Below, in pieces: positions 25,103 to 33,668 of a DNA stretch of 64,000 bases. The DNA is from Candidatus Thalassarchaeaceae archaeon (GTDB taxonomy: Archaea; Thermoplasmatota; Poseidoniia; Poseidoniales; Thalassarchaeaceae). The position numbers and the translations under genes are program-made. The first letter of the stretch is position 1; each line of letters opens with the position of its first letter. Location: positions 122-64,121 of the forward strand of contig JASMFB010000001.1 in NCBI GenBank assembly GCA_030751995.1. Reading direction: 5' to 3'. The notes beneath the pieces were generated by a model. That model searched no databases. It had not been told where the DNA came from and saw only the letters and a list, made by a program, of their open reading frames with translations.

Positions 25103-25681
25103 TTACCATCCACCTGGTCGTTCAGCTATCTGGTTTGAACGACCAATAACTCGATACCATTGCAGGGCCACGATAATATCCATGGCTACTATTCCCCACA
25201 ACACATAGTGAAATGGAATACCCGACCGAGTGATGATGCTGGAATCATCTGCAGTGAATTGAATGGCAATAATCGCAGTAAGCACCGCAGCGATGACGAT
25301 AGTCCACATTCTACGTTTTCTAGCGAACATACTCTGTTCCTCAAAGGTCTCCGGGAGAACTCGCATTCCTAGGACAACTCGAAGCCAGACGGGTAACAGA
25401 CGACGGAAATTGTTGAGGGACTGCGAACAGATCCAAAGTCCGAACCCTGCTCCGATTAGAATACCAGTTCTCATTGTGAACCCCCCATCATCCATCGCAT
25501 CGAGGACGGCTGTAATGAAGGCGGTTGCACCAGCCGCATAGGTTAGTGCATCGGCTAGAATGAGACTTCCATCTGCACCATCGCGCCCGGATTGGTCTTC
25601 AAAGCGCCCGAGGCTGTCGCGATGGGCCTGAAGTTCCAATTCATCCTCGTCCATGTCCGTGTTGGCAGATGCCACACCCAT
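25103..25681 (-). CDS. Membrane protein (192 aa, about 4 TM helices) with an acidic N-terminus
   Basis: Hydrophobic segments TYAAGATAFITAVL, GILIGAGFGLWI, WTIVIAAVLTAIIAI and YVLWGIVAMDIIVAL. Confidence 0.55.
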   Translation of the reverse strand: MGVASANTDMDEDELELQAHRDSLGRFEDQSGRDGADGSLILADALTYAAGATAFITAVLDAMDDGGFTMRTGILIGAGFGLWICSQSLNNFRRLLPVWLRVVLGMRVLPETFEEQSMFARKRRMWTIVIAAVLTAIIAIQFTADDSSIITRSGIPFHYVLWGIVAMDIIVALQWYRVIGRSNQIAERPGGW

Positions 25682-25716
25682 AATTGCTATGTCCGCCAGA
25701 CGGGTCTTTAGCGGTA

Positions 25717-26334
25717 ATGAAGACCAAAATTTGGTTGACGGGATTCGAACCGTTCGGCCAACACGCCGAAAACCCCTCTCAACAATTGGTCGAACACCTC
25801 CTCAATACAACTCGAACACATAATTTCATGGATGCCACTTCAGTTGAAATGACCTTTTCCGGAATTATTCTCTCAGTCGACGAATTAGGAAGTCGCCGTA
25901 GTATCGAACATTTGACTGACGTTGATGCCGTTGTTCATGTTGGTTTACATGAAAATTCGGAAAAATTACGGTTTGAAATGAGTGCAACAAATGAGTGTAA
26001 TTTTCGAATTGCCGATAATAGTGGTCGACATATTTCTGAGACCCCCATCGTAGAATCTGGTAATCTTCGATTACAAACTACGGCTGACCGTGATACGATT
26101 GCAAATGTCATTTCAAGCAATGATGCCGCAATCATTAGCGAAGATTGCGGTCGATTTGTTTGTAACGAGACCTATTATCGAACATTGCACTCAATCAAAA
26201 CACAGGGAATCCAATCAAGAGGGAGGGCCTTGCCAGCCATTTTCCTCCATATCCCCTCTTTCAACTATGTATCTGCAGACGTGCAATTGGACATTTTGTG
26301 TGAATTGTGTGCCCACATCGTTCAGAAATCCTAA
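25717..26334 (+). CDS. pcp: Pyroglutamyl-peptidase I (pyrrolidone-carboxylate peptidase, peptidase C15)
   Basis: The N-terminus is MKTKIWLTGFEPFGQHAENPS. The catalytic Cys context is DCGRFVCNETYY and the His context is IFLHIPS. ATG at 25717; the ORF track starts at TTG 25684. Confidence 0.8.
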   Translation: MKTKIWLTGFEPFGQHAENPSQQLVEHLLNTTRTHNFMDATSVEMTFSGIILSVDELGSRRSIEHLTDVDAVVHVGLHENSEKLRFEMSATNECNFRIADNSGRHISETPIVESGNLRLQTTADRDTIANVISSNDAAIISEDCGRFVCNETYYRTLHSIKTQGIQSRGRALPAIFLHIPSFNYVSADVQLDILCELCAHIVQKS

Positions 26335-26855
26335 TCATCGGTTTGGATTGTCGAACGGCCCTTTCCGTCGAACCATTCAGTCACACTGCCGTCCGACCTC
26401 ATGCTCAATTCATCACCCACAGTACGAGGGATTTCTCGTCTCCCTGAATGCCAAGTAGCCTCTTGCAACCAATCTACCAAATCTTCTGATTCAAGCACCA
26501 CTTCAATGACCCCTCCAATTGTTCTTTCAGTCTCAAGGACGAATGCAACTTTGCTTGACAATGCTGCCTGTCTGGAAATCAGGAACGACGTCGAAGTCGA
26601 TTGTAGATTCAATGACATTGCATCCAATGCAGTGTCAAGGATGCGTTGCGCTGCGAGCAATTCTAGCAGACGATCCGGAGCCAACCCCTCACGAGTGATT
26701 TCCACTGTATCACGAGTGACTGGAAACTGTTCTTCTTCCGGCACGTTTTCGATGAAGAAGTCAGGAAATATATTCTGCACCGCTTTGATACACGACTCTC
26801 CAATTTCATGGGACATTACACGCGTTGAAACGATAACAAGTGGCGCGAGAGTCAT
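26331..26855 (-). CDS. Hypothetical protein (174 aa)
   Basis: ORF only. It overlaps the pcp stop by 4 nt on the opposite strand. Confidence 0.45.
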   Translation of the reverse strand: MTLAPLVIVSTRVMSHEIGESCIKAVQNIFPDFFIENVPEEEQFPVTRDTVEITREGLAPDRLLELLAAQRILDTALDAMSLNLQSTSTSFLISRQAALSSKVAFVLETERTIGGVIEVVLESEDLVDWLQEATWHSGRREIPRTVGDELSMRSDGSVTEWFDGKGRSTIQTDD

Positions 26856-26939
26856 GGTGAACGGCCCGTGTTGCCCAAAGGCGCTTTTTTTCGCTTTCGG
26901 GCACGGAACCTTGACACCCCCTAGACGTTGTGCAGATTC

Positions 26940-27986
26940 ATGGAGCCCACTTCAGTGGTCGCCACAGTCATCCCCACCTGGCAGGAAGCCACGCATATCG
27001 AGCGTTGCCTTCGGAGTTTCATGGCCCAGAAATACCCCTCCCACCTGCATCAAATTTTGGTCTTGGATGGGGGTTCTACTGATGGCACAACAGACATTGT
27101 AGAGCGCCTTGCAGGGGAGAGTGTAAGAGAAGGCGGGCCACAAATAACTCTGATTGATAATCCATTCAAATATGTCCCTCATGCCCGAAATATTGCGCTT
27201 GAATACCTCGATTCTGGAGTCGAATTCATCCTAGAGATGATTGGTCATGCATGGGTCCCACCAGATCATCTTGAAGTGCGTTTATCCCGATTCCATTCGA
27301 TTGAAGCGCAATTGGGCACCCGTCTTGGCGGCCTTGGTGCACAGGTTCTTGAATCAGATTTACCACTCGACAATGTTGGGAATTGGATTGAAGCCTCATT
27401 GGCATGTCCACTTGGCGGCTCGGGGCAATTCGCTCGCTTCTCCAAAGACGGACCCACAAAAATCCCACCTTTCACATTGTATCGCCGCCAAGCGGTCGAA
27501 GCAGTGGGTGGTTGGAATGAAGATTTCATCACCACACAGGACAGTGAGATTAATCTGCGATTGATTGGCAACGACTGGCCACTGTGGAGGACTGCGGCAA
27601 CCCATGTTAGGATGGCTAAGCGAACGACGTTGAATCAGTGGTGGAGGATGGGCTATCGATACGGTTTCTGGCGCATGAAACATGTCATGGACGCAAAAGC
27701 CCGAATGCGCATTGGCGAATTCCTACCGTGGATCGGTCTAGCTATCGTTGCAGGTCTCGCAATCGATGGTCAATCCACGTTTTTCCTGCCCAATTTCCTG
27801 TGGCCCATCCTTGCCTACCTGTCGACCCTATTTGTCGTTGGAGGACTCGAAGCTCGACGTTCAAACAATACTTCAATGATTTGGGGCGTACCCACCTTGC
27901 TAATCCTCCTGCATACTTCATTCAGCATCGGATTATTGTCTGGTGGATTCCGTCCTGGAAAGCCCCCCAATGACCGGGCCCTGTAA
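26940..27986 (+). CDS. Family 2 glycosyltransferase with C-terminal TM helices (DPM1/GtrB-like polyprenyl-phosphate glycosyltransferase)
   Basis: VIPTWQEATHIERCLRSF...ILVLDGGSTDGT is a GT2 signature. Three or four hydrophobic helices sit at the C-terminus. ATG at 26940. Confidence 0.8.
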   Translation: MEPTSVVATVIPTWQEATHIERCLRSFMAQKYPSHLHQILVLDGGSTDGTTDIVERLAGESVREGGPQITLIDNPFKYVPHARNIALEYLDSGVEFILEMIGHAWVPPDHLEVRLSRFHSIEAQLGTRLGGLGAQVLESDLPLDNVGNWIEASLACPLGGSGQFARFSKDGPTKIPPFTLYRRQAVEAVGGWNEDFITTQDSEINLRLIGNDWPLWRTAATHVRMAKRTTLNQWWRMGYRYGFWRMKHVMDAKARMRIGEFLPWIGLAIVAGLAIDGQSTFFLPNFLWPILAYLSTLFVVGGLEARRSNNTSMIWGVPTLLILLHTSFSIGLLSGGFRPGKPPNDRAL

Positions 27987-28035
27987 GGGGTCGTCCAATA
28001 GATTCCTTGAAATCGGAGTCAGAGATGGTTGGGGT

Positions 28036-28830
28036 ATGGCGGAGCAGAAGAATCAGGTGAATTCTTGGATTCTCTTCGTTTCGCCCATATTCGTTTTCTT
28101 GGCGATTTACCAACTTATTCCGGCGATAAAAGAACGATTGATTACTGATTGGATTGGCATGCTCGTCTATCTCATTGTGGCTGTATTGATCGGATTCATC
28201 TTGTTCAGAAATGCTCGTACGATTCGTGATCATGAATGGCATCGACGCAAGCATATCAAGCGATTACAGAAGGATTACGCTGCCGAGGATCGAGGCGTCT
28301 GGTCTAAGGCGGATTTGGCCATGTCGGAACTTGAAGCCGATGCGCGTGGCATCGAGTCAGGCCAGATGTCCAAGAAGGCGTTGCAACGACTGGATGGCTC
28401 CATAGCAGAATTGACGGGAGATCGCCAGACTGACGAAATTGAAAGCGATGATTTAGACCAAGACAATGTTGCATTGTTCACCGAATCTGAACACGTTCGA
28501 CGTTCGACCGCCAGAGTCACAGGGGAAAGTGGACCCGTCGATTCGGTACAAGGCGTCACTCACACGCGTGAAGAGCCTGAGAAAGGCCTAATCGGGGGAG
28601 TACTGGACAAATTGAAGGAAACAGCCGCAACCCAACCGACTCCTGAATCACCCACAACTCAGGAATCAGCACCTGCAGCAGATGATTGGTATTCTCAAGA
28701 GATGCTTGGGGTGGCCACTGCAGGTCCCTCAGGCGTCACATCAGCAGTTGTAGGAAATATCTGCGGCAGTTGTGGTCGAAACAATCCAGAAGCGGAATCG
28801 TATTGTGAAAATTGCGGAAACAAACTCTGA
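28036..28830 (+). CDS. Membrane protein with two N-terminal TM helices and a C-terminal C4 zinc-ribbon
   Basis: WILFVSPIFVFLAIYQLIP and MLVYLIVAVLIGFILF are the TM helices. The zinc-ribbon at the end is CGSCGRNNPEAESYCENCGNKL. Confidence 0.6.
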   Translation: MAEQKNQVNSWILFVSPIFVFLAIYQLIPAIKERLITDWIGMLVYLIVAVLIGFILFRNARTIRDHEWHRRKHIKRLQKDYAAEDRGVWSKADLAMSELEADARGIESGQMSKKALQRLDGSIAELTGDRQTDEIESDDLDQDNVALFTESEHVRRSTARVTGESGPVDSVQGVTHTREEPEKGLIGGVLDKLKETAATQPTPESPTTQESAPAADDWYSQEMLGVATAGPSGVTSAVVGNICGSCGRNNPEAESYCENCGNKL

Positions 28831-28891
28831 TTGTCAAACGTCGGGTTGAAGAACAGGCGTCAGAACGCGAGAATAGACGGGGGGTTCGTAG

Positions 28892-30025
28892 ATGGCGGAA
28901 AAGCGCGATTACTACGAAGTTCTGGGGGTGTCCAAGGATGCCAATGAAGACGAACTGAAGAAATCCTTCCGATCCCTTGCTAGAAAGTTTCACCCGGACA
29001 AGAATCCAGATGATTCTGAAGCTGAGCATTTGTTCAAGGAAGTCCAAGAGGCATATGCCGTTTTGTCAAATCCCGAACAACGACGCCAATACGATATGTT
29101 CGGCCATGATTCTCCCGGAGGGTCCCCTTTCGGTCCTGGTGGTTTCCAGGGTGTGAACATCAATCTCGATGATTTGTTCGGTGGGGGGATTGAATCCATT
29201 TTCTCTGGAATTTTCGGCGGGGGTCGTTCATCCCGTGGACGACGCGGTCAAGATGTTTTACTTCGCCACAGTATTTCTCTTGAGAATGTGTATGATGAGG
29301 CAGAAATCGAAATTTCCGCTAAACTCTCCAGCGCATGCGAGTCATGTAATGGCTCAGGGGCCCAAACACCAGGGGATATTCAGCGCTGCTCTACTTGTGA
29401 TGGACAGGGACGTATCATGCAGCAGGCTAGAGTGGGACCATTTGTTCAACAAATGGTGTCGGACTGCCCTGATTGTGCCGGGTCGGGAAATATCATTCGA
29501 AAGCGCTGTTCGGCTTGTCGTGGTTCAGGGTCAGTCAAGCGTGAGCAAAAACTTCGCATCACCATCCCAAGGGGGGCCGAAGACGGCCTTCGTCTTCGAC
29601 ACCGAGGCAAAGGAGAACCCATTGCCAATGGCCAACATGGGGACCTTTACATTCACCTAGATATCGAATATCACCCTTGGTTTGAGCGAGACGGCCCAGA
29701 TTTGATTATGGCGCTCCCACTTGGTTTTCCTGAGATGATGTTAGGGACACAAGTTGAGTTACCACACATAGATGGCAAACCATTGGTCATTGATGTACCA
29801 GCAGGTGCCAAGCCGAGTGAAACTCTGCTAGTACGAGGGAGAGGAATGCCCCATCGTCGTGGTCGTGGACGTGGCGATGTCACAATTCTACTGAAACTGC
29901 ATGTACCTGAGAAATTCAACAAATCCATGCGTTCTACATTGGAAGAGATGCGCCCTTCATTCGGATTGCCCATTTCAGATATCGAAGATGCCGTGCGTCG
30001 TGAAGCCCAAGATCGCCGCAATTGA
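28892..30025 (+). CDS. dnaJ: Chaperone DnaJ (Hsp40), type I with a Cys-rich zinc-finger domain
   Basis: J-domain: DYYEVLGVSKDA...KFHPDKNPDD, followed by a Gly-rich linker. There are four CxxCxGxG repeats (CESCNGSG, CSTCDGQG, CPDCAGSG, CSACRGSG). Confidence 0.9.
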   Translation: MAEKRDYYEVLGVSKDANEDELKKSFRSLARKFHPDKNPDDSEAEHLFKEVQEAYAVLSNPEQRRQYDMFGHDSPGGSPFGPGGFQGVNINLDDLFGGGIESIFSGIFGGGRSSRGRRGQDVLLRHSISLENVYDEAEIEISAKLSSACESCNGSGAQTPGDIQRCSTCDGQGRIMQQARVGPFVQQMVSDCPDCAGSGNIIRKRCSACRGSGSVKREQKLRITIPRGAEDGLRLRHRGKGEPIANGQHGDLYIHLDIEYHPWFERDGPDLIMALPLGFPEMMLGTQVELPHIDGKPLVIDVPAGAKPSETLLVRGRGMPHRRGRGRGDVTILLKLHVPEKFNKSMRSTLEEMRPSFGLPISDIEDAVRREAQDRRN

Positions 30026-31786
30026 TTACTCATCTTCCATGAGAAGTGCACGAGCTGGAATCGCAGCCAGAGGTTTTCCTTCTACAAGCCCCGAAAGGTG
30101 CAAGTCAAGCCCATTCGCACTTCCTTCCAATTGTAGCCCGAGGAATCGTGTACTGCCGACCTCTAGCGTGTCTAGGAAGATTTCATCGCCATCGTAAAGT
30201 GAATTTGGAGAGACCTTGGTAATCTTCCATGAAGGCCCACCTGCTGCCTCAAATCGAAGAGCAGCCAAGTTCCATGGCGCCTGCTCAACATGAATTCCCA
30301 CAAGCAAACTTCCTGGTCCCATCCGCCAAGCTTTCAGTGTGACAGAATCGGTGTGGTGCGTCAATGTCGCTTCACCCATCTCGGCGACGGTCGCCTTCCA
30401 CTGAACCGCCTCTAACATTTCCAGAGCACTGCTGATTTCATGTTCACTACCATCACTTTCGATGAGTCTAGCTAATCGTTCTCGAAGGCGCTTCAATCGC
30501 CCTCGTTCGTGTGCTTGTACTTCATCGGCTAATTTCGTTCCACGCAGACTCCACAGAACATATCCCATGGGTGCCAGCATCACCAAGCCGATTCCGATGT
30601 AGAATGGAATGAATTCCCTCCATTGATCTACAATCTCACCTTCGGGACCAGCATCTCCACTGGTTACATTGATTGTTAGCAAGTCAAGGTGGTAAGCATT
30701 GGTACCAATCGCCGAATTAGAACGACTCACCTTCACTAGATGATACCCTGGTGTCATGTTCAAGCCAACGGTCCCAGATCCGTCTGCAACATCCAATGGC
30801 GTTAGGAATTCACCTGAGTTGTCCCACGACTGAATCTGTACTAAGGAATCATCACCTTCGATTGTCGCAATGAGCCGATGAACCTCCCACGAGTCTCCCT
30901 GAATGAAAATTGGATACACATCAACCGTATCTTGTCCGCTGAGATTCCCATCCGTCGCCCAGCGTTCATTCTCTATGGTAACTGCCTCGGAGTGGAATCG
31001 TGTCTCATCGACTGTGTTGGGGCAATCATGCGGGCACAGCGCATCCCCCTCGGAGAGTATGGTTTTGTTCAACGACCACACTCCGGTGACTCCATCCGTC
31101 CTTGCCCAGATGGTGAATTCATAATTCTCGAATCGCGAATCTACCGCTGGTGTGTGTAAGGTCATGGTGGCCGTACTATTGTCGTCAAAATCAAGTTCAG
31201 TCACATCCCCATTGGATAATTGAGTCATGTATCCGACGAATTCCGTCATATCTGCTCCAAACCATTGAATCTCGATAGCAGCATTCCCTCCGGTCGAGAA
31301 GTAGGAACGGTCCCCTTCTGTATCGGATTCATGGATATATCCAGATGCAGTCAAGTCGCCCAATTCTACATCCTCATCAGCAGAATTAGAATGGATATGG
31401 ATTTGGTAGGAGTTAGGACTTGTGAAATTTACATTGGAAATTTCGACCCACATGGCATTCCCGGTCCCACTGAGTAAGAAGGCCACGGAGGAACCCACTT
31501 CTTCGCCGTGAATCTCACCATCTTCGCGAACTGTGATTTTCAACGCTTCGTCTGAAGATACTAATTGGATGAAATGTACCGCTCCTGCATCATCACCGAG
31601 AGTGATGTTATCGAGATCCTGAGGGTCACTCAACTGACCCTCATAGATGAGTGTCGACGTGCCCGCCCCCTCCCAATCTAACTCAGGTTCATCAATCGTC
31701 CCGACACTACTGAGTTGTTCTGCAGGAATCGATGATGCAGTCATCAGAATGAGGAACAATCCGAGAACCATCGCACATGTGCGCAT
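30026..31786 (-). CDS. Type I membrane protein: signal peptide, PPC (pre-peptidase C-terminal)-like ectodomain, single TM helix and a ~190-aa cytoplasmic domain
   Basis: From Met 14 the signal peptide is MRTCAMVLGLFLILMTASS. The PPC-like block is DTVDVYPIFIQGDSWEVHRLIATIEGDDSLVQIQSWD. The TM helix is FIPFYIGIGLVMLAPMGYVLWSL. Its stop abuts the dnaJ stop with 0 nt between them. Confidence 0.65.
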   Translation of the reverse strand: MRTCAMVLGLFLILMTASSIPAEQLSSVGTIDEPELDWEGAGTSTLIYEGQLSDPQDLDNITLGDDAGAVHFIQLVSSDEALKITVREDGEIHGEEVGSSVAFLLSGTGNAMWVEISNVNFTSPNSYQIHIHSNSADEDVELGDLTASGYIHESDTEGDRSYFSTGGNAAIEIQWFGADMTEFVGYMTQLSNGDVTELDFDDNSTATMTLHTPAVDSRFENYEFTIWARTDGVTGVWSLNKTILSEGDALCPHDCPNTVDETRFHSEAVTIENERWATDGNLSGQDTVDVYPIFIQGDSWEVHRLIATIEGDDSLVQIQSWDNSGEFLTPLDVADGSGTVGLNMTPGYHLVKVSRSNSAIGTNAYHLDLLTINVTSGDAGPEGEIVDQWREFIPFYIGIGLVMLAPMGYVLWSLRGTKLADEVQAHERGRLKRLRERLARLIESDGSEHEISSALEMLEAVQWKATVAEMGEATLTHHTDSVTLKAWRMGPGSLLVGIHVEQAPWNLAALRFEAAGGPSWKITKVSPNSLYDGDEIFLDTLEVGSTRFLGLQLEGSANGLDLHLSGLVEGKPLAAIPARALLMEDE

Positions 31787-31851
31787 GGCCCGGGCCTCCG
31801 GCCCGCCACCTTTAGAATCATTCAAGTCCAGTGCATTGACAGCCTCGTTTC

Positions 31852-33612
31852 ATGGAGCACAAACCATTGGCCCGAACGGTGCTGGCCCGTTGGCGTCATG
31901 CACGCATTTTTGGGCTCGGCGATCGCGCATCCCCGGCTGCCTTCACGCCGGGTTTGTGTCTGACTCCCAATGACCCAGAAATTGACGTTGAAATCGCCCC
32001 TTTTACCATTGAGCACAACTCCGAAAATTTACCTGCATCTCTATCGATTTCAGCAAGGGGTGCATGGTCACATCCCTTTGGGGAAAACGACGTTCCGACA
32101 TATACGGCTGATGAAGGCCACACATTGCCCCCTAGTCTCCAAGAAGCAGACTCGGGACTTGGCCAGAGCACAGGTCCACTGTTGCCCGTATCTTGGCAGC
32201 GTTTGGTCCATGATGCAACACTTCTCGATGCAAATCTATCACCCGAAATAATTGTCATTCAGGATGCTGTTCAACTGGCTGGACATCCCGGTCGATTAGT
32301 ACAAACAATCCACCTTATCCGTGAGCGATTTCCTGCAGCACTTCTCTGGGCCCCAGGGTTGGGTGGCCCAGACAATTGTGCAATTCTTTCGTGGTTCGGT
32401 TTAGATTTATTCGATTTGAGACGTTCACAGCAGGCAGCTGCCCATGGAATTCTATTGTCCAGAGATGGGCCCCGACATATCGATTCAACCAGTGGCGAAT
32501 CTGCCGATATGACTGCCCAACTCTCTGAATGGCGCTCGTCGTTGGCCGCGACCCGGGCGGCAATTCAAGCCGGCACTATTCGGGAACTCGTTGAGAAGCA
32601 ATCACTCAACAGCCCTCGTCTCGTTGAACACCTTCGACGACATGACGCTCAGTTGTCGGGTTCTGCACCTCTGTCAATGCATGTCGATAAGGCCCAAAGA
32701 TTCCGTTGCCACGGACCCGTGAGCCGCGAAGATCCACTTGTTCAAGATTGGATTCATCGCATTGAGCATGAGTACATGCCTGACGAGATTCAGCGTGAGA
32801 CATTGGTGTTGTTACCTTGCTCTGCACGCAAGCCTTACTCTCGCAGTCAGAGCCATCGTTTCTTCCGCTCTGCTATACGCAACCGCAGAGTACACCAAGT
32901 CATTGTTACCAGTCCGCTCGGCCTAGTCCCTCGTGAATTGGAGGAACAGTGGCCCGCTGCCCATTATGACATTCCAGTGACTGGCGATTGGGACGATGAT
33001 GAATTGGCAACCATTCGACGAATGGTGACGACATTGGTGGAGCGAGTCGGTTACAAGACCGTCATCAACCATTCTGGAATTGACTTCGAGATTGAGACGA
33101 TCGATACTCGACCAGACGGCGTGGGCGCTTCTTCCAAAGCTGCTTGCGATGTTCTTCGCCAGGCCATAGAATCCATAGAAGGAGAACCAATTCGTGAAAA
33201 GGCATTCCTTCTCCATTCATTTGCATCCCTGAGCCGATGGCAATTTGGGACCGATGCGTGGATGGAAGGGCTACATGTGGGCGGAAAACCTCCGAGGTGG
33301 ATGCTTCTGAAAGACAAACAACAAATGGCGCAATGGCACCCTGATTCAGGTCGGTTTTCATTCACTAAATCCATTCTTCCAATTCTTCGAGAAACGGGTA
33401 CACTTCGAGAGGTCGAAATCGGCGGAGATTCTCCATGGAAAGGCGATATTTTCCCTCACATGGTTGTTTCAGCCCCTGAAGACCTAAAAATCAGCGAAGA
33501 AGTCCTTATCATTCGCGATGGAAAATTACTCGGTTCGGCCCGCTGCAAGGCTGCAGGGTGGGAATGGAAGTGTGGCGCAGGTCGGCTGGCGAAGTCCCAA
33601 CACCGTCTTTAG
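31852..33612 (+). CDS. arcS: Archaeosine synthase ArcS-like protein (DUF5591-type domain plus C-terminal PUA-like domain)
   Basis: It contains LPCSARKPYSRSQSH, which matches the ArcS signature PC-X3-KPY-X2-S-X2-H. Length is 586 aa. The C-terminal block (...VVSAPEDLKISEEVLIIRDGKLLGSARCKA) is PUA-like. Confidence 0.65.
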   Translation: MEHKPLARTVLARWRHARIFGLGDRASPAAFTPGLCLTPNDPEIDVEIAPFTIEHNSENLPASLSISARGAWSHPFGENDVPTYTADEGHTLPPSLQEADSGLGQSTGPLLPVSWQRLVHDATLLDANLSPEIIVIQDAVQLAGHPGRLVQTIHLIRERFPAALLWAPGLGGPDNCAILSWFGLDLFDLRRSQQAAAHGILLSRDGPRHIDSTSGESADMTAQLSEWRSSLAATRAAIQAGTIRELVEKQSLNSPRLVEHLRRHDAQLSGSAPLSMHVDKAQRFRCHGPVSREDPLVQDWIHRIEHEYMPDEIQRETLVLLPCSARKPYSRSQSHRFFRSAIRNRRVHQVIVTSPLGLVPRELEEQWPAAHYDIPVTGDWDDDELATIRRMVTTLVERVGYKTVINHSGIDFEIETIDTRPDGVGASSKAACDVLRQAIESIEGEPIREKAFLLHSFASLSRWQFGTDAWMEGLHVGGKPPRWMLLKDKQQMAQWHPDSGRFSFTKSILPILRETGTLREVEIGGDSPWKGDIFPHMVVSAPEDLKISEEVLIIRDGKLLGSARCKAAGWEWKCGAGRLAKSQHRL

Positions 33613-33668
33613 GGCCAGCGACCCAGAGTTGGGGGGTGTTAAATACCGCCCATAGGGCGGTAGGATGT

